IMG/VR virus record: IMGVR_UViG_3300028393_000277
Location: 1-28,182 of that record
DNA length: 28,182 nt
Source of the DNA: a virus
Lineage: Duplodnaviria > Caudoviricetes
Reading direction: 5' to 3' (one strand)
The notes beneath the pieces are model-generated. The model did not search any database. It saw only the letters and a program-made list of their open reading frames with translations, and was not told where the DNA came from. The translations under genes and the position numbers were made by a program. Below are positions 7,047 through 16,300 of this stretch, piece after piece. Position 1 is the stretch's first letter; each line of letters begins with the position of its first letter.

Positions 7047-7940
7047 TTACGATATTGACTGACTAGCAGTAGGTGCTGTTACTGATACGTTTGCACCGGA
7101 CGGGCGGTATTGACTGATAACACTGTTTAATGTACCGTCAACATTTTCGTCAAAGTTTGGATCGCCAACGTCATTGTCTTGAAACTGAATTGTTAAAATC
7201 AACTGAGTTGATCCTGCATCTCGACGAGCATAGATGTAGTATCTATTTTCTGCATAAGAACCTGACGGAGCACTTTTTTGTCCAACTAGCTGATTTGATG
7301 TAGTAAGATCAAACCAACCTATTGCAGAACCCGTTGCTGCACCAGTAAATGTTGTCTGGGTATAATCCATCTGGAATTCGCCCATCTGACTAAACATGGT
7401 GTCCCAAGTAGTATTCTTGCTACTAGATGTGCCGCCGGAACGGTTAGCAGATACACGAATCTTGCCGCCAGCATTGAAAAAATATCGCATGTTATCAGCA
7501 GTACTTGAGACTGTAACAGTATGTGTTAATGTTCCGTTCCATGCCGAAGAATAGGTTCCAGTAATTAATCCCTCACCAGAATATTGTCCAGCACCAATTG
7601 AGAATTTATCTGAGGTGATTGTATTTGAAAATAGATTAAATTGATTACGTAATGCTTCTGTAATTGAAGCTCCGCTTGATGGTACTAATAAGTTTGCTCC
7701 ATCTGTTGCACTACCTGTACCTACAGATGCACCAGTTTGGTGTTGGCGACACTTTACCATATCATTTCTTAAATAAAGCCATTGTTGGGCGTATATTACA
7801 GCACCAGCAGTAACTGCTGGCGAAGTAATAGTTTGACCGTATCCTGTTTGTCCTGATCCCGTACCTAAAACTAAATCAACTTTAGCTTTAATAGTATCGT
7901 AATCAGCTTTTTCAATTATTTGACCTTGCCCTGCTGACAT
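7047..7940 (-). CDS. putative virion structural (tail-associated) protein, Ser/Thr/Gly-rich (297 aa)
   Basis: Lies directly after the fibre genes; beta-rich S/T/G composition; RYFFNAGGKIR motif; AAGGA RBS. Confidence 0.65.
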   Translation of the reverse strand: MSAGQGQIIEKADYDTIKAKVDLVLGTGSGQTGYGQTITSPAVTAGAVIYAQQWLYLRNDMVKCRQHQTGASVGTGSATDGANLLVPSSGASITEALRNQFNLFSNTITSDKFSIGAGQYSGEGLITGTYSSAWNGTLTHTVTVSSTADNMRYFFNAGGKIRVSANRSGGTSSSKNTTWDTMFSQMGEFQMDYTQTTFTGAATGSAIGWFDLTTSNQLVGQKSAPSGSYAENRYYIYARRDAGSTQLILTIQFQDNDVGDPNFDENVDGTLNSVISQYRPSGANVSVTAPTASQSIS

Positions 7941-7949
7941 GTTTTATCC

Positions 7950-9458
7950 TTATAATACTAGTGCTTCGACTAGTTTAACTCCAGTGTCGTCACTGCTTTC
8001 TAATGCAATTGCAAACACATCTGCAGTATTTCCCATGGCTGCTTGAGCAGTGCCGTTTGGGCCAGCAACTAAACGTTGACCTTTAATAACTGATCCTGTT
8101 ACTTTAATTGGAACTCGTCCTTTTAACGCAACTGCCGTGCCGCCTGCTAATTCGCTATTCATTAAATGTGCAGGATTAGCAGATACTGCACCAATTGCAC
8201 GGAATCCAACTTGTGCTGCGGTAACTTCAGTTTCGCCGCCTATCATAACAACTGTACCAACTTCATATTCTGCATCAGCCAAGTATTTTTCAGCCAAGTC
8301 AGCATAACGAGCTGCGGTAGCTGTACCATTAAACACATTGGCTGTTAAGTTTCCAGAATTGTCTCGCGCAGCTACTGTGTTTACGCCAGCTGAGGTGCTA
8401 GCTACTTGATAATTGCCGCCAACACTAAGAGAATCTGCTTGAGTAGCCGGACCGTTAAACGATGTTGCATATACTGTAGCATATTTAAAACTAGCAGAGC
8501 CAATGTTAGATACGCTATCAGCACCTGGCAAAATGTTATTAGAAGACAACGTCAACGGAGTCTTAACTGATCCCGAAGTTGTCTGAAAAGACATTAATGA
8601 AGTTGCTGATTTAAATACTGGATTACTTGAATTAATATTAACTGTTAGTGTATTAACGCCAGCACCACTTGTGCCACCAACAGTAAATCCGCCACTATTA
8701 AACAGTACAGGATCAGCTGCCGGTGTAAAATCGTAATTTAAAATAGCAAGAAAATCGTTAGCGGTAACGCCACCTAACGCCAATGCATTAGTAGCAGTTC
8801 CATGGAAAACTTCAGTTGCTGAAGTAGTTACACCTTCTGCATTGTTAGTATCTTTTAATGTGATACCGGCTTTGATAATTCCAAAGCCTGCAATTGTGTT
8901 CCCGGGAACTGTTTGGTCAATTTCAAATGAAGTTTTAGAAATAATATATATCGTAGAGTCATCAACAATGGCTTGAATAATTGGAACATACGTGCCGCCA
9001 ACTATGCCACCAGGAGCTGCTTTAACACTGCGAGATTTCAGTTGCGTAGTTCCGCTACCTGAAACTCCTTGTGGGCCAACTAAAATAAATTGTGTTCCGC
9101 TCCATGAAAACAGTTGATCATTAGCAGTGTCCCACCAGAAATCTCCTAATGTGGGGCTAGTTGGGGGAGTGGGACCGGTTTCAGCACCGCCTGTTGTTTT
9201 CCACCCAGTAGCACCAGTAGCAGTATAATACTGTAATTTCTTAGAGTCACTATTATACCAAATTTGACCAGTAATTCTGCGAGAAGGTTCTGTTGGGCCT
9301 GCGAAGTGTTCTAGTAAATGTACAAAATTTTCGTTTTGGACTTCACCATAACCAGCATAATTTTTGCCGATAAGTTTAATATCAAGCGTATTATCGATGG
9401 TGCCGTCTTCAACGACGGACACTATTGTTCCATTATATCTATTAATGCTGTACGACAT
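7950..9458 (-). CDS. tail fibre/appendage protein with a C-terminal DLAE-type (peptidase G2/intramolecular-chaperone-like) domain (502 aa)
   Basis: Shared N-terminal anchor LIGKNYAGYGE..NENF.HLLE.FA, GQIWY and GDFWWDT repeats, fibre-like GTATNA/GPATQA/GTATAA units, and C-terminal ARYADLAEKY...VALKGRVPIKV.G.V.KG..LV. Confidence 0.75.
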   Translation of the reverse strand: MSYSINRYNGTIVSVVEDGTIDNTLDIKLIGKNYAGYGEVQNENFVHLLEHFAGPTEPSRRITGQIWYNSDSKKLQYYTATGATGWKTTGGAETGPTPPTSPTLGDFWWDTANDQLFSWSGTQFILVGPQGVSGSGTTQLKSRSVKAAPGGIVGGTYVPIIQAIVDDSTIYIISKTSFEIDQTVPGNTIAGFGIIKAGITLKDTNNAEGVTTSATEVFHGTATNALALGGVTANDFLAILNYDFTPAADPVLFNSGGFTVGGTSGAGVNTLTVNINSSNPVFKSATSLMSFQTTSGSVKTPLTLSSNNILPGADSVSNIGSASFKYATVYATSFNGPATQADSLSVGGNYQVASTSAGVNTVAARDNSGNLTANVFNGTATAARYADLAEKYLADAEYEVGTVVMIGGETEVTAAQVGFRAIGAVSANPAHLMNSELAGGTAVALKGRVPIKVTGSVIKGQRLVAGPNGTAQAAMGNTADVFAIALESSDDTGVKLVEALVL

Positions 9459-9481
9459 TCGTTCTACCCCTTAACTATTAG

Positions 9482-9487
9482 TATTTA
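9482..9487 (-). promoter_or_regulatory. possible T4-like late promoter core TAAATA
   Basis: CTAAATAC on the - strand in the 38-bp gap, 23 nt before the ATG at 9458, followed by AAGGGG. It is a short motif in AT-rich DNA. Confidence 0.4.
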
Positions 9488-9496
9488 GTTTAAAAT

Positions 9497-10603
9497 TCAA
9501 TTTAGATCTACCCATGTGCCTGCTGCGTATGCTTGAATTTTATCTGTCGTAGTGTTATAAATTAACTCTCCATTATTTTCGCTAGACATAGTTCTTGCAT
9601 CACGGTCAAAAACTGTATATTTTGGAAGTTGTAACTGTGTAGATGCTCTAAAACTACCTGTTACATCTAGGGTATACTCCGGAGTATTGTTAAAAATTCC
9701 AACTTTACTGTGTTGACTATCCACTAGTATTGCATCTACAACTCCGCCCGAATTCTTAACTTTAAGCAAAAAGTTCTGATAAGGATAGGCACATACTATC
9801 TGTAATGAACTATTATCAACCCTAATCTCAGTTTGAGATCCTGCCCCTAGTATCAACGGAGTGCTATTTAAAATTGATAATGTTCCGGGGCCGTCTGGGC
9901 CGCTTGGCGAGGCAATTGTCGAATTACCCAGCGTTGATACAAAGTTTGCGGGTGTTTTACCCATTAATGCATCAGCGTTAGTAGCAGTAACACGGAATTT
10001 CATACCTGCTAGTGTACTTTGATTAAATCCTGGACCAATTTCACCGGTGAATCCCCCAAGGCCAATACTATCCTCACGAGGAGTAAACGCTACGGGATCT
10101 TTACTGAATATACCCAATAATGCTTGCCCGACATATAGTTTAACAATTACTCTAGGAGCATTATTAGTGTCATATATAGTGTCAACTTCAAATCCTGATT
10201 TTTTTTGGCTATCTTTCCAAATTTTACTAGCGGGGTATTTGTTAGTGCCAGTATAAAAGTACAGTTGATTTTCTGCGCTGTCAATCCAAAAATCTCCTTG
10301 GATTGCTGTAGTTGGTGGAGTACTTGATACTATAGGGCCGCTGCCGTTTTTAAAACCAAGGCCGTCATATACTTTTAATCTGTTTTCACTAGTGTCAAAC
10401 CATATTTGACCAGTCAGTGGGTTATTAGGTTGACTTGTATTAGCAAAATTTTCAAGAATCTTTACAAAGTTCTCATTGATAAATTCGCCGTATCCGGACA
10501 CATTTTTACCAATGAGAGTAATATCTGTAGTTGTTTGATCAATTGCGCTGTCAATAACTTCAGCAATTAACGCACCGTCTGTTTTATTAATCTTATAAGT
10601 CAT
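9497..10603 (-). CDS. tail fibre/baseplate-associated fibre protein (368 aa)
   Basis: Same N-terminal anchor (LIGKNVSGYGEFINENFVKILENFA, GQIWFDT, GDFWIDS), a KVGIFNNTPEYTLDVTG fibre repeat and a terminal GELIYNTTTDKIQAYAAGTW module. Confidence 0.75.
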   Translation of the reverse strand: MTYKINKTDGALIAEVIDSAIDQTTTDITLIGKNVSGYGEFINENFVKILENFANTSQPNNPLTGQIWFDTSENRLKVYDGLGFKNGSGPIVSSTPPTTAIQGDFWIDSAENQLYFYTGTNKYPASKIWKDSQKKSGFEVDTIYDTNNAPRVIVKLYVGQALLGIFSKDPVAFTPREDSIGLGGFTGEIGPGFNQSTLAGMKFRVTATNADALMGKTPANFVSTLGNSTIASPSGPDGPGTLSILNSTPLILGAGSQTEIRVDNSSLQIVCAYPYQNFLLKVKNSGGVVDAILVDSQHSKVGIFNNTPEYTLDVTGSFRASTQLQLPKYTVFDRDARTMSSENNGELIYNTTTDKIQAYAAGTWVDLN

Positions 10604-12705
10604 TATATAATCCTACCAGTAAAGATGATGTAGTTAATTGTCAAGTACGGATTCATTGTATTAAATGGAACCGCTAGTGCGCCGCTGGCAACAATTGGTC
10701 CACTATTAGTTAAATACTGACCAGTATTAGTATCAGTAGCTCCTAGGCCACTTGTTGCATCAGTATCGTCGGGTGCGCCGGGAGCATTTCTAAATGCATA
10801 GTACTGGCCGCCCGCATTTCCTTGTAAGTTGTGTCTATGCTGCGGAAGGTTATTTACTGTCAATGTCTTATCTTCTGCACCGTTATACATACCAACAGTA
10901 TCTGCAGTGACCTCAGTTACTCTATCTGCTGCTGGACCAATTGTTGTGTTTGACGTTTCTCCAGTTGGCAATAATGGAACAATTGTTCCATTATTCATAC
11001 TATCTTTTCCTAAAGGAAATCTGCCTCTAAGATCAGGTATACCAAAAGTTGATACTCCTAGTATATCTACTAGTGGTTTGTAGGTGTACCCAATTATAGC
11101 AAAAAGTTCCGGGTACGACGAAATTAATTGTTCGCTACCGTCACATAACAAATATCCGTTAGGTACAGTTGTTCCTGCAAAAGGAAGAATAGTTCCTGTT
11201 GGTATTGTTGCAACATTTGCTAAAAAAGTCTGTTTATTAGTTTTTCTTAACCCTGTACCAATTCTATTAATAATTAATTCGTCGGAGTTATTTGAATCAA
11301 AGACCGCAGTTTTAGTATTGATAAAGTCTGACGATATAACTGTAGTAAATGTTGCAGTACCGCCTACTTGTGCGCCAGTGAAACTAATTGAATTACTAGT
11401 TATATCTCCTTGCAATTGAAATACTGTAGGACTAGTTAATCGTGTTGCTGTACCAGTTACTGATCCAGAAAGTTGACCTACAAATGTTCCGTTAAACGTA
11501 GTTGCATTAATTGTAGGTGCTGTTATTGCGCCTGATGCTGCAAGTGCGCCTGTTACCGTTAATGCACCGGTTGCCGCAGTACCTATTACAGTTAAGTTTT
11601 GTCCAACTTGTAAATTTTTTGTAACGGCTGCTCCGCCTGCTGTTTGTAAACTACCAGTAATTAGATTAGTGGCATTAGTAGTTCCGGTAATTAATATACT
11701 ATCACTTGCTGCAATTGATCCAGTTACATCTAACGCTTGAGCCGGATTAGTTTTGTTAACTCCAACACGTGGACCAGTAACTGTGATAACATCTTTATCA
11801 ACACCACTTTGTTTAATTCTAATAAAAATGCTAGAGCCATCAATCTTGTTATATAAAACTGATTCTCCTACTTGACTAGCTGTTAATGATGTTGCTAAGT
11901 CAGAGCCTACAGTAATTCCTGCATTGTTTCTAATTCCTAATCCATAATTAGTAACGCTAGCAATATCACTTCTTAAAAAGTTTGTTGCTGCAACTGCGGT
12001 ATTTCCCACTAATAAACTAGATGCAGTTTCAGCAGTGCCCCATAATTTATTAAGAACAGTGCCGTTACCGTCAAAATCTTTAGTAGAAATGTTAATGCCT
12101 TGTTTTATTGTTGCAAATCCTTCGATCGTCGTCTTAGGAGTAAATGCATCTTTACTAATAATTGCAACAATTTCGTCAGCTACAATTAATTTAATAACAT
12201 TATGATTAATAGCAATCGGAGATGTTGTATCAGGTATTGGGTCTCCAACATACGGGCCTGTTTGTGCGCCCGCACTAAACTGCGGGCCTACAAGAATCCA
12301 ACTTGAACCCGACCATAGAGATAGCTGTTGGTTTGAGGTATCAACCCACAAATCTCCAATTGTAGCATTTGTTGGAGGACTGATTGATTTAATAACATTA
12401 CCAGCAGGTACCCAATTATGAGATTCGTCGTATACTAGTAATTGAGGCTTGGCTGGGTCAGAAGTACGCCCGGTATTGTACCATAGCTGACCTGGGATGG
12501 GGGAACCTTCGCCTGGAAGTTCGCCAGGGGCAGTGGCCCTAGCAAAATTTTCTAATAAATGTAAGAAATTTTCTGCAATAAATTGTGAATATCCAGTGTA
12601 ATTCTTTCCTACAAATGTTAAACTTGTTTGCTGATTAAGCTGTTGGTCGTCAACTGTAATAGAACCATTATTTGGAAGATCTGAGTGATCAATTTTATAT
12701 GACAT
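10603..12705 (-). CDS. tail fibre protein with phage tail-collar domain (700 aa)
   Basis: Shared N-terminal anchor; RVGVNKTNPAQALDVTG repeat; tail-collar motif IPTGTILPFAG..VPNGYLLCDGS...YPELFAIIG.TY...IPDLRGRFPLG; tip LTVNNLPQHRH (HxH) ...MNPYLTINYII, as in T4 gp12-like short fibres. Confidence 0.9.
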   Translation of the reverse strand: MSYKIDHSDLPNNGSITVDDQQLNQQTSLTFVGKNYTGYSQFIAENFLHLLENFARATAPGELPGEGSPIPGQLWYNTGRTSDPAKPQLLVYDESHNWVPAGNVIKSISPPTNATIGDLWVDTSNQQLSLWSGSSWILVGPQFSAGAQTGPYVGDPIPDTTSPIAINHNVIKLIVADEIVAIISKDAFTPKTTIEGFATIKQGINISTKDFDGNGTVLNKLWGTAETASSLLVGNTAVAATNFLRSDIASVTNYGLGIRNNAGITVGSDLATSLTASQVGESVLYNKIDGSSIFIRIKQSGVDKDVITVTGPRVGVNKTNPAQALDVTGSIAASDSILITGTTNATNLITGSLQTAGGAAVTKNLQVGQNLTVIGTAATGALTVTGALAASGAITAPTINATTFNGTFVGQLSGSVTGTATRLTSPTVFQLQGDITSNSISFTGAQVGGTATFTTVISSDFINTKTAVFDSNNSDELIINRIGTGLRKTNKQTFLANVATIPTGTILPFAGTTVPNGYLLCDGSEQLISSYPELFAIIGYTYKPLVDILGVSTFGIPDLRGRFPLGKDSMNNGTIVPLLPTGETSNTTIGPAADRVTEVTADTVGMYNGAEDKTLTVNNLPQHRHNLQGNAGGQYYAFRNAPGAPDDTDATSGLGATDTNTGQYLTNSGPIVASGALAVPFNTMNPYLTINYIIFTGRII

Positions 12706-13316
12706 TATGCAACCTCACTTAGTCCAGTCAAACTCTGGATACGTACTGTATAGTCAACTTGGATCAAACGATTTAAACTCTTTTGTACAGGGTGAAAAAT
12801 AACGTGGGTTAATAACTTGCCAGTCCCACTAGTACTATAAGATCGTAAGCCTAACTCATCAAACACAAAGTCTGAATTGTTGTTAGTTGTGTTATCAAAT
12901 GCATCTTGTCCTTGCGGCTCGCCATAATCTAGCAAACAAGTAACAAATACATCAGTATAGTTAGTACCTGTTACATGTCGAGTTTCAATCTTGTTCCTTA
13001 CAGGATCTAAATTAGTTACTGAGCGATCATCTATTACTTTACTGTAGGTCTCACTGTATAATGTAGCACTTGTCCCAGTTGAATTTGGCGTTAAGTAGGT
13101 AATAATACCTGTAGGGTCTACAGTTGTACCACCGTTGCCAAACGCAATCTCATAGATAAATCCTTGCCCGGCGTTGGCAATACTTTCTGCCAGCGCAATG
13201 CTCATATTTTCGTAGTGTATAGCATTACGTTTATTAATGAAAACCTCTTGTGTTTTAGGGTCATATATTTTAATATGTCCCTCTATGTGAATTCCTGATA
13301 AGTCTTTACCTTGCAT
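12705..13316 (-). CDS. putative baseplate/tail-fibre attachment structural protein (203 aa)
   Basis: Lies between the giant protein and the fibre genes. The IAFGNGG...FDELGL...LLTHVIFHPVQKS pattern recalls the G.G...E.GL...P..K modules at tail-fibre N-termini; function is inferred. Confidence 0.6.
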   Translation of the reverse strand: MQGKDLSGIHIEGHIKIYDPKTQEVFINKRNAIHYENMSIALAESIANAGQGFIYEIAFGNGGTTVDPTGIITYLTPNSTGTSATLYSETYSKVIDDRSVTNLDPVRNKIETRHVTGTNYTDVFVTCLLDYGEPQGQDAFDNTTNNNSDFVFDELGLRSYSTSGTGKLLTHVIFHPVQKSLNRLIQVDYTVRIQSLTGLSEVA

Positions 13317-13336
13317 AGTGATCTCTCATTGTTTAT

Positions 13337-13343
13337 TATTTAT
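13337..13343 (-). promoter_or_regulatory. possible T4-like late promoter core ATAAATA overlapping the stop codon of the giant gene
   Basis: GATAAATAATAAAC on the - strand, 20 nt upstream of the ATG at 13316. Confidence 0.4.
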
Positions 13344-16300
13344 CGTGGCCAAACCGTTGCGTTTCCTTTCAAGAAATTAGCAATCTTATTGTTAGAATTT
13401 GCTAAACTCTTGCCTTCATCTTCCCATAATTTTAACTCTTTCTTAACAATAACTACCTTTGTTTTCTCAGCAGCAGCAGTTGTTAGAGTGATTCGATTAT
13501 GAACTCCGTCTACACTAAATTCTGCAGGGAAAGTTATATCGCCTTCGGGACTGTACGGTTGATGGTTAGGGTTTGATTCCATAAACAGTTTGTATTCTGC
13601 TTTTTTTAATCTGTAGCCGTTAACAAATACGTCAACCGTATCATAATTATGCTGTTTAGGTTTAGGATTAATTCCTAGTTTAGGAATATACGCTAAGTTG
13701 CCCACATCTGTAGTAAATCCGTCACTGACTATTGTATTAACAATAATGGTGTCAGAATACGGAATGGTTTCAGTTGGGCCTATATCTTGTACAGTTGTGC
13801 CAGCTGCATGAACTACTGGAGTGCCTGTACCTAATGTTCCTCGGCGTAACTGACCTAATACATTACCTATTTTAGTAAAATATTCAATACGCTCTCCATT
13901 AATCTCAATAATACCAGGCAAGTTTAGTGCTGGATTAGGTACAGAGAATACTGAGCCGTCATCTACAACAATCTCAATATCTGACTGATTTAGATCAGCA
14001 GCTAGGATAGTAGCTTTGTCTGCACGTAGACGTTTGTAATGTACACGATTTAACATATCTTTAAACTGCATGAATCCAAAACTAGTAGTTATTGTTTCAT
14101 CGGAGAACAACATTACTTGGACTACATCAGTATCAATTAGAGAATCTTTTAATTTAACAGTTACTCGATCATCTTCTACTACATAGTCAACGCTATGAGT
14201 TAATAATGTTCCATTTTTAATAATCCAAACATAATCATCTGACACTGCTGGACGACGTAGGCTAAACTGTCCACCTAACTTATTAGTAAATTCATAATAG
14301 TCAGTTGTGCCCGGAGTTAATATAGTAGACGGAACAAATACATCCGTAGTTCTATCAATATCTAGCAACATATGATTATAGAATGTAATTATTTCTATAT
14401 CGGTGTTATTTGGATAGATTGTAGCAAACTCTATGGTACCGTTGTTAGTTACAGAATAATCCGAATCTAAAGTAACTACTACTGCTAACTTGGCATTTTC
14501 TACATATGACGATTGTGCAAGCTCTACAGTGATTCCCAATAAATCAATAATATATTCTACACCTGGTATTAGCTTATTAGAATCAGAATAGACTTGAATA
14601 TCTGTAGCATTAATTGTATAAGTTGCAAATTTATGTGCAGGAATATTATAAGACAAATTGTTATCTAACATTGTAAAGTACATAACTGTAGGTGGTCGAA
14701 GTATTTCTTGACCTTTTCTTACAATAATATTAGTTTCATAAGGCTGTAATCTATTTCCCGGCAATAAAGATGAATTTAAATTATCTAAGTTATAACTTAC
14801 ATCAACCCCGTTAGTGGTAATAATTTGACTTTTTACAACACTAGAAGTTTGTATAGAAGTACTTGTATCTATCATATAATTGATAAGAGCATTTTCTTCC
14901 ACTGCTGTTCCAAATCGTATAGCTACTCTATTAGGACTATCATATGTTGAATCAGTCTTAAATAATTCGTACTCAGCTACAGCTCCATTGACTAGCACAG
15001 TAGAATTTAGTGCTCTTTCAAGCCACGGAGCACGAGTTACATATTCAGTAGTGCTGCCATCAGCTATAAAGTAATCTAAGTCTAATATATTTTCGCTATT
15101 AAATCCTATACTAATTACACTAACAACTGAATCAGTAATTGGTGCAGTATCAAACTTGATAAAGTTTGACGACCAATCAATAGTATAGTCTAGCTGGTCA
15201 ATTATTTCATTGCCAACTTTCACAATTACTGCTCGATCAGTAGCAAAGTATTGACCTATGATAAATTCAGTAGTTAAGCCGTTGCCTTTGTAATTCTTAA
15301 ACAGAATATTTGGGGCTCCGCCTGCTGGTCTATGATATACTTTAATAGCTACTGCATCTGTTATGTGACCTGGAACGATTTCTTCAGGAGCATGACTTGT
15401 GTTTGGAGTTACGAAATCATCGCCATCAACATTGATATCAGCAGGAGCATATCCTGTTGCTGTAGTCAGTGTTGAACCATCAAAGGCACCGCCCTGTAAT
15501 TGGGTATCGTACTCATTAGGCTGAGGTAAAATGCTTCCATCACTAGTACTCTTGCGGAAAATAACTTTATCGTTATTATTAATAGTCAAATGTGCATTAG
15601 GTAACGTAAACGCATCAGTTGTACCATTAGCTACAATGGATGTCATTACTACATTTGGTTTACCAGACATTGGATATGTACTAAATGCAGGATCATCGAT
15701 TCTAATAGGAGCACTGTATCTATATCCGTACACAGTTCCACTAATCCCCAACATTGCAGATTCTCCTAAAGTAATTGAAAATTTATCTTCAGAAATTATT
15801 TGTCGAATTCTATGTGTTCCATTGTAGTTTCCGGAGTGAATCACTCCTGATATAGTAATAAACATATCAGCAGTAAATCCGTGAGCAGTGTCGGTAGTAA
15901 TCCATAGAGATTTATCATCCAATGGTGAAAGTGCCACTATATAAAGATTAACTGTTGCTGTAGGAACATATCTAGAAATGTATACATTAATAACTTCTCC
16001 TGCATCCGGAGTGTATCCTAATGTATAGCCGTAGTCACCTGCGCTGGCTGTGATAATTCTGTCATCATACTTGGGATCAAATCCATCCCATTCATCAGTA
16101 AACCATGGAAGCGCATCCCAGCCGCCAGTTGCTCCAAATCCCAGTCCTTGTAATTGAACTCCGTCATAATCAATGCCGTGCATCAACTGTGCTAGATCAA
16201 CTCCTAACATACCAGCGGTAGGTTTGTAAAAGAATTTAATTCTATCAGCAGCTGACAAGTGTTCAAAGTTTCTTTCATAGATAATTCTAATTGTCTCACC

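Noticed and set aside
7950-12705. Diversity-generating retroelement or invertible tail-fibre switch
   Set aside because: No reverse transcriptase or invertase gene, and I saw no near-identical nucleotide repeat pair; the similarity among the fibres is old and at protein level.
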